Positions 50,545 through 63,299 of a stretch of DNA of 64,000 bases are shown here, in pieces. A program made the translations under genes and the position numbers. The stretch comes from Squalus acanthias (taxonomy: Eukaryota). Within the stretch, counting starts at the first letter, position 1. Each line of letters opens with the position of its first letter. The notes under the pieces were generated by a model that did no database searches, was not told the origin of the DNA, and saw only the letters and a program-made list of their open reading frames with translations. The stretch is from NCBI GenBank assembly GCA_030390025.1, contig CM059432.1, positions 37,884,001 to 37,948,000 on the forward strand, in the 5' to 3' direction.

Positions 50545-53375
50545 CTGTAACAGAGGAAGTAAATTTTGTGTGTAAAAAACATTCATTGCTTTGTAGCTCC
50601 CCTACATGGTGATTTGAGGAAACCGCAGCAGAAGCAAACTATACAAAATAACAATGTACAGTCTACACATTGCTCTCCGAGTAGTGCATACGGTCAACAG
50701 AACAAATTTTAGGAATAGGAAAAAGTCATTAGGACCAACAAGCCCATCTCTTTTTGATAGATCATCCCCACTTACCTTCTCACCACAACTTAGTGATACC
50801 ACATCAACTGCATCAAAACGCAAACACTGCTAATATACAGATTTACCCGAGACCCCGCAGGCCAATAAAAAAATAAATGACTCCCTCTACAGTGAACAAT
50901 GAATATCTAGAGGGCTTTTCAAATAAAAGATGGTTAGAGGAGAAAAAAAATCTACCACAATTGTTATATTGGACAGAATACAAGTAGCTTTCCATATGTA
51001 ATGGCTTCCAGAGCATTTAAACCCAAACTACACTTATGGCGTCAATTAAATTATCCCAACAATATCAGGCAACCAATCTGAAATCAATAAATATTGTTAA
51101 GCCATCAATGAGTGGAAGCAGAAAGGGAACGCTAAGTATTAATTCATCTCTCATGGGCACAGTAACTGGCTGTAAGTGGATGTATATTATTACATCATGT
51201 ATACTTGTAATCTGAGGCCCTGGAGATTATACATTCCTAAAGATCCCAAGTAAAATTATGCAGGTAGAACCTGTCACCCTAACCAGAATTAGGTGGTTTC
51301 CCGGTTTAATTTTTTTTTACAACACAAAAACATTGGATAATATTGTGTTGAAACATTTTTGCAGTCAGAACATTTATTGACCCAATTTAATGTGGAACTT
51401 GCTGTAGTGACCTTATTCTAAATAATTAGATAATCAAAAGAGATGTGCACATTGGAAAGCAAGTGCATAATAGAGATCAAATGGTCTCAGATTCAAGCCA
51501 GTTAATCTCAGATGGTGGCAGTGGGCACGCTAAAACGGAGCTGGGGTGGAAAAGAAAACGGGACAAGTTTCTCACTCCCATCGAGGGTGCTCGTCAGAAA
51601 CTTGGGCAGAGGCTTGGAAACGAGTCATACTCACACAGGAGGTGGATAGCAGCACGAAGGCATGAATTTATTGCATTTGAATCTCATTATGCAAAAATAA
51701 TTATAAGCCAGGGGTATCCTCAAGGCTTGATTAGAATCATTTTTGCTTAAAAGACTCTGTAATTAGTACTTTAGTGCACGGGCTTGCTGCAGCCTGAAGT
51801 AATAGGACATTACTTCTCTAATGTAATTGCCCACACAATGTGCTCCTGTTCTCAGCTGAGGCCGTATGGAGGGACAAGAATAAGATCTTGTGTCAGAAAT
51901 CAGTTCAACTCCATGATGCAATTAATTCAGACAGCATGGAAATTAATATTAATTCATCAACAATTGGGCTTAACTTTTCCTAATTCTGCTCCTGTGTGCA
52001 TTTGAGTCAAGTTCATTCAAGGAGATTGTCTTCTATTGGGATATCATTGCTAATAAGGTTTGGTGACAATCTGCGCATAATTTTCATCTCACTGAAATAT
52101 AGAGCATTAAGGAGATAGGCCTGCTTAGCCCTTCCAGTGCTAGAAACAAGTTTATTCTTCCAGGTGTGGTGGACCCTGGGAGCAGGGTTTGCCAATGATC
52201 AGCTGAATCTCTTCCTGTACTGCCATGTGAGAAAATCTCATTCCAAGTCTGTGCTTTTGATTGGCTGAAAAATCACTCCTTAATATAATTTTCTAACCAA
52301 TGAAGAGAGCTTTTCTTTTATAAAGACAGTCGATCCCACCTCGTAAACAGATAATGGGAGCCCAGAGGGGGAAAAAAAGTCACATTTTTGGGGATCAAGA
52401 GAGGACAGAGTTTAAAAGATAGGATAGTTTCAATTATACAGAAAAAGGTCAAATTAAAATTAGCAAAATAAAGTAGGGCAAAGAGACAGTAGGGGAAGGG
52501 ATGAGGGAGCAAGCAGAATTAGTGTTGCACATATTTAATTGGGTTTTTAAATGTTTGCTTTAGCTCTGAAGGATTAATGTTACTGAAATAAAGCTAATCA
52601 GATGGTGGCAGTGGAGTAGCTTGATTACTAGAATTTGAAGTGTTTATTTCAGCAAAGTTACTAGTGTGGGGTTGGCAGGGGGGAAAAGAGTAGAGTAATT
52701 TCCTTTAACCTGTCAAGTGTCTCAGAATTAATGAAGATCTAGGTTAGAAAGTGTTGGTCTATATAGCATTTCATAAATGAAGAAAGTCCACTTTGCTGGA
52801 CCTGCTAACTGGCGAAGTTCTGGGAGAACTTTAGATTGTTCTGCTCTCTTAATCCCTGAAACACGAGTTTAAAAAAAAGGGAAAATGTAATTAAACCCTA
52901 ACACAATCTAAATTCATAACAGGAACATGTGTGATGGATAAATAATCTTGCTGTAGCACATAGACATTACTTATCCTGATTGAATGTTTTTGCTCAAATT
53001 AACAGATTTAGGAACAGTGGAGAAATTCACTGCAATTAATCCCAATTTACTCAGTCCTGTAAACAGAGGGCTATAAAATTGATATTGAACAAGAATTTCT
53101 TTTTTTTTTTAATTTGTTGGGGAAATGAAGCAAATCATCTTTTGACAGTTAATTGATAATAACACAGGTATAAATATAATTCACAAAGTGCTTTCAAAAG
53201 GATTATTGCATCAGAGCACAGCTCAAAACGCAGCAGAAAATGTTAACAGTCTGTGAACATTATGATGTATATGAGACACGATACATTATGGTACGAGAAC
53301 TTGTACATTTGAACAGTAACATTTAAACATGGTGACTGAGGCAAGTAGTGCATAGGGCAGAGGCTGGTCACTTAC

Positions 53376-53427
53376 CTGAGGGTCGTGCAATGGCAAATTA
53401 GCAGCAGCTAGGAGAATCATCAACACA
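53376..53427 (-). CDS. TMEM241: TMEM241 exon (52 nt; [S]VLMILLAAANLPLHDPQ)
   Basis: Acceptor ccattccttttAG, donor GTaagt; phase 2-0. Similar to human SALFLLAAAGCLPFND (recalled). Confidence 0.9.
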
Positions 53428-54600
53428 CTAAAAGGAATGGGTCAAAGAGAAGAAATTAGCAAACTCCAATTATGGTTAGATCTTGTACCAGAGACCAGCA
53501 GCTAAACATTCCTTAGCAATAGAATTCTGCACAATTTTTATGAGATAGGTAAGTAGTTAACAGTTTATTTGGAGCTGTGTTAGGTTGCTTCCCCAATATA
53601 GGAACAAGATAGGCCATTTGGCCCATCAAACTTGCGCTGCCATTTTTTTTTTTACCCATGGCGTTTTTTTCAATCTTTTTCATGCTAATTCCCTGCCCTT
53701 TTTCCAAAACTCTTATTTTCGACGCAAGTCTGTATCTCCTTTGTAAACCTCAACTGCTCTGCATCTATCGCCTGCTGTGGTAGCTCACTCCAGATCCTCA
53801 AAACAGTTTGCTGGAAGTTTTTCTGGATTCACTCTTAACTGGCTTAACCTGCACTGCTGAAGGCACTGACTCGTGCTATGGTGCAGTTCCATGGACAACA
53901 GCAGCCCTCAAGGTATCTTGCTTTGGTGGCTTCACACAAGAGCCTGGACGATGACCGTTGGCATGATTATACTGTGCTGGGTATTAGAGCGAGGCCCAAA
54001 ACTGAACTCCTCTGTCTACAGGTACACTAATTTTCCAGCAAGGGTCACTGAATAGTAATTAGAAGTGGGTATCCTGGTGATGTTTCTTTTCCATTGTCCA
54101 GTGGCACTCAGGCACAGGGGTGAATTGTAGCCTCTATCCCTTTAACCCGAGATCAGTCAACACAGCACAGGTCAGGGAGTGAACCTGCATGTCCTTGGCT
54201 GTGTCGTTCAGTAGCACACCAGGTGGTGTATTTACCCACTGAGCTTGGAGGGAAGCCCTGATCAAATTAAATTAACCAAATATGCTGGAGAAATTGGATA
54301 GTTACCCCAGATGATTTCTTAAAAAAGTATGAGAAATGCTCCCATAGTTTAACTGCTGGTTCCAAAATCCCTCTGGTGATGAATTCAAGATTTTACGATT
54401 TGAACTTGCATCTGGAGGTCACCCAGTTAGTTTTCCCCTGCTTCTTCTCTGATATTTTTGTAGGTTTACTCAGTTTTAAACTACACTACTCTACAAAACA
54501 GAACATTCAGCAAAAACTCATTCACTGGTAATCCTGATCTAGAACATTTGGCAAATGTGTAGAAGGGCGAAACATAAGCAATGGCACTGCACAAACTTAC

Positions 54601-54626
54601 CTGAGACATTTAGTGAAAGACAATTT
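54601..54626 (-). CDS. TMEM241: TMEM241 micro-exon (26 nt; KLSFTKCL[S])
   Basis: Acceptor tcctttcttttcctttacacAG, donor GTaagt. Phase 0-2 exactly bridges the flanking exons. Corresponds to human KTSPAKICS (recalled). Confidence 0.82.
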
Positions 54627-54678
54627 CTGTGTAAAGGAAAAGAAAGGATAGGATTTGTAATCACAATTAAAAGCTATA

Positions 54679-54856
54679 GAGTGTTAGCAGTCAACCTCTT
54701 AAATAGTAACACAAAATCAAAATTTACAATGGTATAGGAGTGTTAGCAGTCAACCTCTTATATAGTAACACAAAATCAACATTTAAAATGGTATATGAGT
54801 GTTAGCAGTCAACCTCTTATATAGTAACACAAAATCAACATTTAAAATGGTATATG
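54679..54856. repeat. 59-bp tandem triplication
   Basis: gagtgttagcagtcaacctctta... units start at 54679, 54738 and 54797. Confidence 0.95.
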
Positions 54857-55539
54857 CACAAATGCATAATAAATGCACAAATGAAATTCCATCACAGCAT
54901 GAGAACATCTGGCCTATCGGCCTGTGGTGGTGCTGGCTCTACAGCGGAGCTATCTACTCTAATCCCATTTCCTTGCTCTTTCCAGATATTGTTTAATGTT
55001 TTTCAAGTGTTAATCCAATTCCCTCGAGTGTTATAATTCACTCAGTTTGAAAAGCCACTTGTTGTAATGCATTCCATATTGCTATAGCCCTTTGTGAGAA
55101 ACATTTCTTCTAACCTCCCCATACGGCTTTATATGACATTCCGTGTTCATCAGGGCGAGGAGCGCGAGTACAGAAGGCAGCATCGTTCCACAGTTTGGAT
55201 TTGGTGTTACAATGAAGCAGCTCCAGGTGAGAGGCAGAGTTTCTTTTGCTCTGTGCAACATGTCCTGACCCCACCCACGGAGGAGCACCATCTTATACAT
55301 CAGAACACTTCTGCTTGTCATCCTGTGAGGGACAAGTGCTTATTCAATCCTGGACTCTGCATAGTTGTGTGTTGTGGACTGGTGCTTACTGGAAACTAGA
55401 TTGAGGCTGCCTCATTTTACTTTGAACCCTAAAAGTCCTTAGTGAGAGAAGATGTTTAGCTAACAAGCTGGAGCAGATTCAAAAACCATGTCCCAGAAGT
55501 GAAAGTTGAGCATTATAACCAGAGTGTACAATCCATTTT

Positions 55540-56430
55540 CTATTGCCCATTTTAAAAGTGTATAATTTTGTTCTTGGGATCTGGATGATGCTGCCAAGAC
55601 CACATTTATCTCCCTTCTCTAGCCACCCCAAAGGTGGTGGTCATGGGCCTCCTTGAGCCACTGCCTTCCTTGTGATCATAGTGCTCCCACAAAAGGTATT
55701 AGATAGGAAATTCCAGGATTATGATAGTGACAACGAAGAAATGGCAGTATATTTCCAAGTCAAAATGATGGTATAATTTGGAGGGGAGTGGAGGTGATGG
55801 TGTTCCCATGATATTGCTGCTCCTGTCCTTTTTGGTGGGTTGGGAAGTGCTGTTGAAGTAAGTTTGGTGAGTTACTGCGGTGCATCCTGCAGTACATACT
55901 GCAGCCAGTGTGCTGGTGGTGGAGGAGTGGATGTCAAATTCAATGACAGGCTGGCAATCAAGCAGGGACTGCTTTTTCCTGGATAGTGTTAAGTTTCTCA
56001 AGTGTTGTTGCAGCGCCACTCATCCAGGCAAGTGGTGAATATTCAATCACCTCCTGACTTGAACTTTGCGGATGTTGTACAGACTTTGAGGGTCAGGAGG
56101 TGACTCACTCATTGCAGAGCATCCAGGCTCTGTCCTGCTCTTGTGTATCTCACGGTGTTGATATGGCTAGTCCAATTAAGCTTCTGGTCAATGGTGACCG
56201 CCAGGATGTTGATGGTTCAGCGATGGTGGTGCCAGTGAAGGTCAAGCAGAGGCAGTTTGGCCTTTTCTTATTAGAAATGGTTAATGCCTGGCACTTGTGG
56301 TGTGAATGTTACCTGCCACTTGTCAGCCCAAGCTGTATGTTGTTGGCTGCTGTAGGCTGGCATGGGCTTCTTCATTACTGGAGGAGTTGTGAATGGAGCT
56401 GAACACTGGAACGATCAGTCAACAGCCCAA
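55540..56430 (-). mobile_element. Highly decayed LINE of the same family as 1075-2166
   Basis: Patchy reverse-complement similarity (catccaggcaagtgg, cctggcacttgtgg, gagctgaacactg). Confidence 0.7.
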
Positions 56431-56449
56431 CTTCTCAACCTTGACAGTG

Positions 56450-57665
56450 GGAAGGGTCAGTCCGGACACCTCAAATCCCAACAATTTTCCTCTGAGGCAC
56501 ACATCAATCATACTGTTCAACGTATCCTTTACATTTTATTTTTCTCAAGAGAAATGCCTTTGGGCTTCTGACTGATTACCATAGCTTAGTAAATAGTAGC
56601 ATTACTGAAAAAGACATTTTACTGTTGTCAACAATCTCGACCCATCTCTCACCTTTATACGGTTCATCTCTGTCCCTTCTCTTCTCTTGCTGGACTTCTC
56701 TCTTCCCCTCCTTGGCAATGGGCTTCCCACAAACATATATTACAAGCACACAGACCTGTACAACTACCGGGATCATACAGCTGCCCACCTCATTTCCTGC
56801 AATAACTCTTTCTTTTGACCAGTTTCTCTGTTGCTGTTGTATCTGTTCAGAAATGCCCTTTTACCACAGCTGTGTTTTTCCTGGTAGTTAACAGGACCCT
56901 CGATGATCTGTTTTCATCCCCTCTTTCCTCACCTTCCACCCAACCAGCCTCCACATTTGTCAGAACATCATTGTCATTTCCACCAACTTACAACATCTCG
57001 CCACCAAGCACATCTTCTCCTTTCAGGAGGTACTGCTTCCTGTGCAATGCCCATGTTCAATCTTCTATGACCCCAATTTGCAGCTGCCCTTGTCCTGGCA
57101 GTTTTCCAACTGCAGCAGATAGGCAATACTTGTCCACTTACCTCTTTTTATACTATCGTTCAGGGTCCCAAAACTGCTCCTTTGAGAGACATCAATTTGC
57201 TTGTATTTCTTGCAATCTAATATACTTTATTTGATGGTAACAGTGCTGGTCTCCTCTAGCTTGGGGGCAAATGCAGATTTGCATTTCATTTGCCCCCATT
57301 TTGGATTTTGTGTGTGTGTACCTTTAATTACCCTATGTGAGTTATTTTCATGCCTTTCACTGCCTTACTGAGAGGCTTTTTGTATAGTATCGACCAGTTT
57401 TTTCACCTCTTTTCAGAAAAGCTGCTGGCCATTCAACCTACTCAACTCCTGTGTGTGACAGGTGTCTTCAGTACTGAATCTTGATTTCTACCTTGTTCTC
57501 TCTCCCTCCCCTTTTCATTTTGTTCAGTCCTATTAAGGGTCTCGCCTGTCTACTAGTTCCAGTTCTGACTAACATTCTACACTTGAACTATTAACCCATC
57601 TTTTCTCGTCAGATGCGGAAAAACCTGATGTCCATTTGCAGTATTTATTTCAGATTTCCAGTGAT
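56450..57665 (+). mobile_element. Highly decayed Penelope-like retroelement (GIY-YIG region and pLTR tail)
   Basis: Near 57160-57265, QGP...FACISCNLIYFI..QC resembles the Penelope GIY-YIG C..N.IY.I.C..C motif. Ends with cagatgc...ttcagatttcca tail. Confidence 0.55.
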
Positions 57666-58063
57666 TGTCGGATTTTTCTCTTCAGTGTAACAATGTTGAT
57701 TCAGCAAAAATGAAATGGCATTTAAATGGCACAGCTTCACTGATAGCTGGCAAATTATACTTGACCCACTTTGAATATTGGATCAAATCAAAGCTCTCAA
57801 TGGGCTTGGCTCACCGTCCCCGGCGCGCATACATCAATCTCATTACCAGCACCAGTCTAACAGCCCCAGGGGCGGCAGGTTACACTTGTACTGTTAATGA
57901 GGTTCACCGGACTCCATTCACGTGTTGGCAACAGCTGCTGTACTGGAGCTGACAGAAGATGAAAAGAGATTCAAGCTGTTCTTTGTGGAGGGTGAGAGGG
58001 GAAGTTAAATAGGGATAGAAATTCTAAAGGAACGGATACACCCAGTTATACTAACAATTAGAT

Positions 58064-58525
58064 AAAAAGATTCGCATTTTATATAGCGCCTTTCATGATC
58101 TCAGCACATCCCGGAGCACTTTACAGCCAATGAGTACTTTTGAAGTGCAGTCACTGTTGTAATGTATGAAACGCAGCAGCCAATTTGCGCACAGCAAGCT
58201 CCCACATACAGCAATGTGATAATGATCAGATAATCTGTTTGTGTTATGTTGATTGAGAGATAAACATTGGCCAGGACACCGGGGATAACTCCCCTGCTCT
58301 TCTTCAAAATAGTGCTATGGGATATTTTACGCCCACCTGAAAGAGCAGACGGGGCCTCGGTTTAACGTCTCATCCGAAAGACGGCACCTCCGACAGTGCA
58401 GCACTCCCTCAGCACTGCACTGGAGTGTCAGCCTAGATTTTTGTTATCAAGTCTCTGGAGTGGGACTTGAACCCACAACCTTCTGACTCAGACACAAGTG
58501 CTACCCATTGAGCCACGCCCGACAC
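58064..58525 (-). mobile_element. Near full-length tRNA-derived Deu-domain SINE (SacSINE1-like)
   Basis: Minus-strand A box tggctcaatgg and B box ggttcaagtcc; central gaggtgccgtctttcggatgagacgttaaaccgagg block; L2-like tail ggcgctatataaa. Confidence 0.8.
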
Positions 58526-58868
58526 AATATGACAGGATATCCAAGCTGTTGTTTGTGCCGGGGGGGGGGGCCGAGAGGAAGTTAAACAGGGATAGAGATT
58601 CTAGAGGAACTGGTACACCTGGTTATACTAACAATTAGATGTTCGATCTATGCTGAAACCAGGGTCAATTGGTAGGGGGGAGGGGGGGGCTGGAAGAGAG
58701 GAAGTGTTTAGTTATGATGCTCCGGCCATCATGAGTGCGAGGAAGGCTTGACGTACCAGCTAGTCTTCTCCTGTCCGTCAATTTCATACTGAATGTTTAC
58801 ACTGTAAAAAACACTTCACAATACAGCTCAAATATAAAAAGGAAAATGCTACCACTATTAATCTGTAC

Positions 58869-58946
58869 CTCTTTCCCGGTAATTTTCAGGAAGATGCTGG
58901 CAACAACCTCCGATCCATTCTGAAACACTAAGAAGAATGGAATAGG
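58869..58946 (-). CDS. TMEM241: TMEM241/SLC35D4 internal coding exon (78 nt; PIPFFLVFQNGSEVVASIFLKITGKE)
   Basis: Minus-strand acceptor ttatttatcttccAG and donor GTacag; phase 0-0. Resembles the human segment AIPVFLTLHNVAEVIICGYQKCFQKE (recalled). In frame with the next exon. Confidence 0.88.
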
Positions 58947-59779
58947 CTGGAAGATAAATAATAAAAGTAAATGAAGAGATCAAGGTCATCACTTTCAAAA
59001 CAAATAGTAATCTGCTGGAATGCTACTGCAAGGCTCAAATCTCAGAAACCAGCTGAATGTGTGTTTGTTTATTTATAGAGAGGGGCTTCAGAAGGATTCA
59101 TGACCGAATAGGACGTGACCAGTCTTTTGTAGACGTATCACACTTGTAGTTTGAATAATGGAAAGGGAGCACACACACACCATCAAGTGACCTTAAACAT
59201 GCCCAAGCTGTTTTCATTTGTGGTATCAGCAGGAGACAGGCCTAGTGAATTGAGAGGAAGTTGAGCAGACAGGAGTACTTGGCACTCCACCTAATGGCAC
59301 AGTTAAGAACTGAAGGACCAAAAAAAAGGAATTTGCTAAAAAAAAAGGGCAGCAACGGGATTGAAACGGGGACTGTGTCTCAGCACCTTGGGCAGTTTCT
59401 ACATTTTTACTACGTGGACTTTCCTTCTTTCAGTTTTCTCTTTTTTTAAATTCAAGAGTTAAACGACAGACACTCAGTAACTCTGGGGACAAACTGAGAG
59501 ATGTCTACTGTGCTGGCAGCCAACAGGAGGGCGAGCAGAGCCAAGCACAGAGCACCTGCAAAGGCAACAGGAAATAGGCTACAGATGAAACAAGAGAAAC
59601 TTGGCCTGGCACAGTTTTATAACCTCGGACTGAAAACAGGCCAGTATTATGGGATGACAATAGAAAAATGAAATGTAAAGTACTACACACAAGAATGTAA
59701 AAATGGATGACACACTTACTCCATGAATATTGTTGACATAGCTCAGGTTGAAGTTGAGAGATTTGGGAGTCCTAGGGGA

Positions 59780-60355
59780 CTCAACATGTCCAACCAATGC
59801 ACAGCAACAATCAACAAAGCCAACAGAATGTTGAACTACTTAACTAAAACTGTAGAATACAAGTCAGAGGAAGTCTGTACAGTTCTCTGGTCAGACATCA
59901 CCTTGAATGCTGCATTCAGTTCAGGTCAGAGAGATAAAAGGAGGCAAGTGCTGGAAGCAGTGCAGAGAAGAGCCAAGACATGGATCGCTAATGTCAAAAG
60001 TCTGAGTTATGAGGAAATTCGGGCTTTTCAGCCTGAAAGGAGGTGCCGAGAGGTGATTTTATAGACGCATATAATAGATAGTTAAGGGATGAAAAAAGGT
60101 AAATCCAGAATATTACTTTAAAGTAAACTGGGAGAGTAGGACCAGGGAACACAAATTCAAACTAGTAAAATATAAATTCATATCAGGAGATTCTCCTGCA
60201 CACAGAGTGTGATCAATAATGGAATAATCGCAAAACCCTGGAATCATTTAAGAAATAATTGGAGGCTGCAATGGGGAGATTTCAGGGTCTATTCTGGTTG
60301 GATGAATTAAGATGGGCTGAATGGCCTTCCTCATCCATAATAATCTTGTGATCTT
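59780..60355 (+). mobile_element. Old CR1 3' fragment
   Basis: KANRML, LEAVQRRA motifs; tail gatgggctgaatggcct. Confidence 0.75.
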
Positions 60356-60899
60356 GTAATTGCGCGGTGAGTAGCTACCTTTACATTTGTGACTAAATAA
60401 TTCTGTTGGGCCATCCAGGGTCCTGCTCATGGTAAATACTGGAGGTGACCCACTTAAACAAGATTTCACAGGATACTTTTCTACTTTTTAAAAACAGGCC
60501 ATCAGACTGCCAAACCATGCCATTTCCAGGGCTGCTCCGTGGAGCTTTCTAGAACACCCATTGTGTTAGTGATACAACAAGCATGGATTTGCTAAGCACA
60601 AGTATTGTTTGACAAAGTTAAGACTGACTGATTGGGTAAAGGGAATGCAGTAGCTGTGGTGTGTATGGATTTACTGAAGGCAGTTGATAAGGTGTCTCAC
60701 AGACTTGTTACACACATACATGCTGTCAGCATTTTAACCATTGTTTTAAGCAGTGTGTCAAGCTAGTCAGTGTTGCACAAGAAATTTTTTTTTTTTATAA
60801 AACCACTGGTAAAACTCTCCTGCAACTGTACTTTCAAATTCCCAACTGGCCAGCCTTTGGCCCTCCATTCACGACAACATTTGTGCAGCTACCAATCTG

Positions 60900-63163
60900 C
60901 TCAATCACACCCTCACCTCACCTGTGATGCCCTAGTTTCCATTGCTCTCTCTCACCCTGGTCGTTCCCCCGGCACAGCCCTCATCTCTGCTTCCTTAAGT
61001 CCAAGGGACGCAGGCTTGGACGTTTATTGTGGACAACTGGGTTAGCCATTCATCGTCAGATCTGGCTGGACCACTTAAAGCACTATCGGGTCCTGCTCTC
61101 CTCTGCCAAAACTGCTCACTATTCCAGAATCATCCTGGAATGCAAAGATAACAGCACCCCCCCACCCCGCCCCACACCTTCTCCTCTCCACTACAAAACG
61201 TCTTCTTAAAACCCTCTCCCCTGGCTCCTCCACCCTCACCTCCAGCAACAACTGGGAGGAGCTCATGGACTTCACTGTCACTAAGATGGAGACCATACGT
61301 TCAGCTGCGTTTGCCGCTTCCCTCCCTCCCCCTAGCCCACCGGGCCAAACATCCCCAAATTTTCTCCCGCCCGAGTCCTGAAGTCGCATGTTTCTCTAGT
61401 TTTTCCTCCTCTCTCCCCTCATGCCCTCTCCAAGGTCATCTTGTCCATAAGACCCACCTCCTGCTCCCTCGACCCTATTCCCACCAAACTGCTGACCACC
61501 CAACTTCCCTTCGTGGCCCCAATATTAGCCGATATTGTTAACAGCTCTCTCCCCCTCCCCTTCAAATCTGCCGTCATCACCCACCTCCTCAAAAAACCCA
61601 CCCATGACCCCACTGTCCTTGCAAACCACCGCCCAATCTCTAACCACCCTTTCCTCTCCAAAGTCCATGAAAGTGCCGTCGCCTCCCAAATCTGTGCCTA
61701 TCTTTCCAATCAGGTTTCCGCTCGTGTCACTGTACTTATCAAAGTCACACATGGCATCCTATGTGACTGTGACCATGGTAAATTATCCCTCCTCTGTGTT
61801 TGTGACTTGTCTACAGCCTTCGACACGGTTGACCACTCCATCCCCCTCCAACGCCTCTCCTCCTTCGTCCAGTTGGGTGGGACTGTACTCACCTGGTTCC
61901 ATTCTTATCTATCCAGTCGTAGCCACAGAAACACCTGCAATGGCTTCTCTTCCCATTCCCACACCAATACCTCTGCAGCAATGTTCTCGCTAAAGTGTGC
62001 GGAAATCTGCAAGGTCCCGCACAGGTCGCACACTGATTTTTACATTGTAAATACTGCGCATGCGCAGAAATTTAAAGGGACCGCACATTAAAAGAAACAG
62101 CCAACGCAGAACAAAGTGCAGCTGAGACAATATTGCTCTGGAGTCCCCAAGGATCTATCCTTGGCCCCCTCCTATTTCTCATCTACATGCTGCCCCTCGG
62201 CGACATCATCCGAAAACACATCATCATGTTCCACATGTACGCTGACGACACCCAGTTCTACTACTTCTCTCGACCCCTCCACTGTCTCTAATTTGTCACA
62301 TTGACTGTAAGACATCTAGTACTGAATTAACAGAAATTTCCTCCAACTAAATTTTGGGAAGACAGAAGCCATTGTCTTCGATCCCCGCCACAAACTCCGT
62401 CCCTAGCCACCGACTCCATCCCTCTCCCTGGCAACTGTCTGAGGCTAAACCAGATTATTCGCAACCTTGGTGTTGCATTTGACCCCGAGATGAGCTTCCG
62501 ACCACATATCCGCTCCATCACCAAGACCGCCTAATTCTACCTCCGTGACATCGCCTGTCTCCGCCCTTGCCTCAGCTCATCCGCTGCTGAAACCCTCATC
62601 CATGCCTTTGTTACCTCTAGACTTGACTATTCCAATGCACTCCTGGCCAGCATCCCATCTTCCACCCTCCATAAACTTGCACTCATCCAAAACTCTGTTG
62701 CCTTAATCCTAACTCGGACCAAGTCCCATTCACCCATCACTCGTGCTTGCTGACCTACATTTGCTCCCGGTTGAGCAACGGCTCGATTTTAAAATTCTCA
62801 TCCTTGTTTTCAAATCCTTCCGTGGCCTTGCCCCTCCCTATCACTGTAAAAATAAAGCATGCCCTACAACCCTCCGAGATATCTGCGCTCCTCCAATTCT
62901 GGCCTCTCACACATCCCCTATTTTAAGAGCTCCATCATTGGCGGCTGTGCCTTCAACTGCCTAGGCCCTAAGCTCTGGAATTCCCTCCCTAAATCTCTCT
63001 GCCTCTCTTTCCTCCTTTAAGACACTCTTTAAAACCTACCTCTTTGCCTACCCTAAAATCACCTTATCTGGCTCGGTGTCAAATTTTGTTTGATAACGCT
63101 CCTGTGAAGCGCCTTGGGACATTTTACTACATTAAAGGTGCAATATAAATGCAAGTTGTTGTT
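60900..63163 (+). mobile_element. L2 LINE fragment interrupted by a small hAT MITE
   Basis: SCSLDPIPTKLL, DLSTAFDTVDH and YADDTQ motifs; same 3' tail as 38620-40090. Confidence 0.92.
61979..62135. mobile_element. 157-bp hAT-type MITE
   Basis: Interrupts the L2 RT region at ctctggag; 8-bp TSD ctctgcag/ctctggag; termini caatgtt...aatattg. Confidence 0.7.
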
Positions 63164-63299
63164 GGTATTGGAGGTTGTCACTGTCAACCAATCAAACATG
63201 CTTTATTTGGAATTTAAATGGGAAATGGAGCTGGAGTGAAGTCCAGACATTAAGCAGGAGTTGGAAGAGATAGATACGTGGCCGAAGAGGTAAAGTTTG

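Noticed and set aside
58440..58525. tRNA gene
   Set aside because: The A/B boxes are the head of a SINE; no complete cloverleaf or Pol III terminator.
59450..59556. Minus-strand acceptor followed by WLPA or a hydrophobic stretch, as a possible further TMEM241 exon
   Set aside because: The WLPA frame stops two codons later, there is no good donor, and the expected YAGSRALS-like motif is absent.
1075..62964. Many RT-like ORFs as functional genes
   Set aside because: All are truncated, frameshifted CR1/L2-group fragments; no intact ORF2 with an endonuclease domain.
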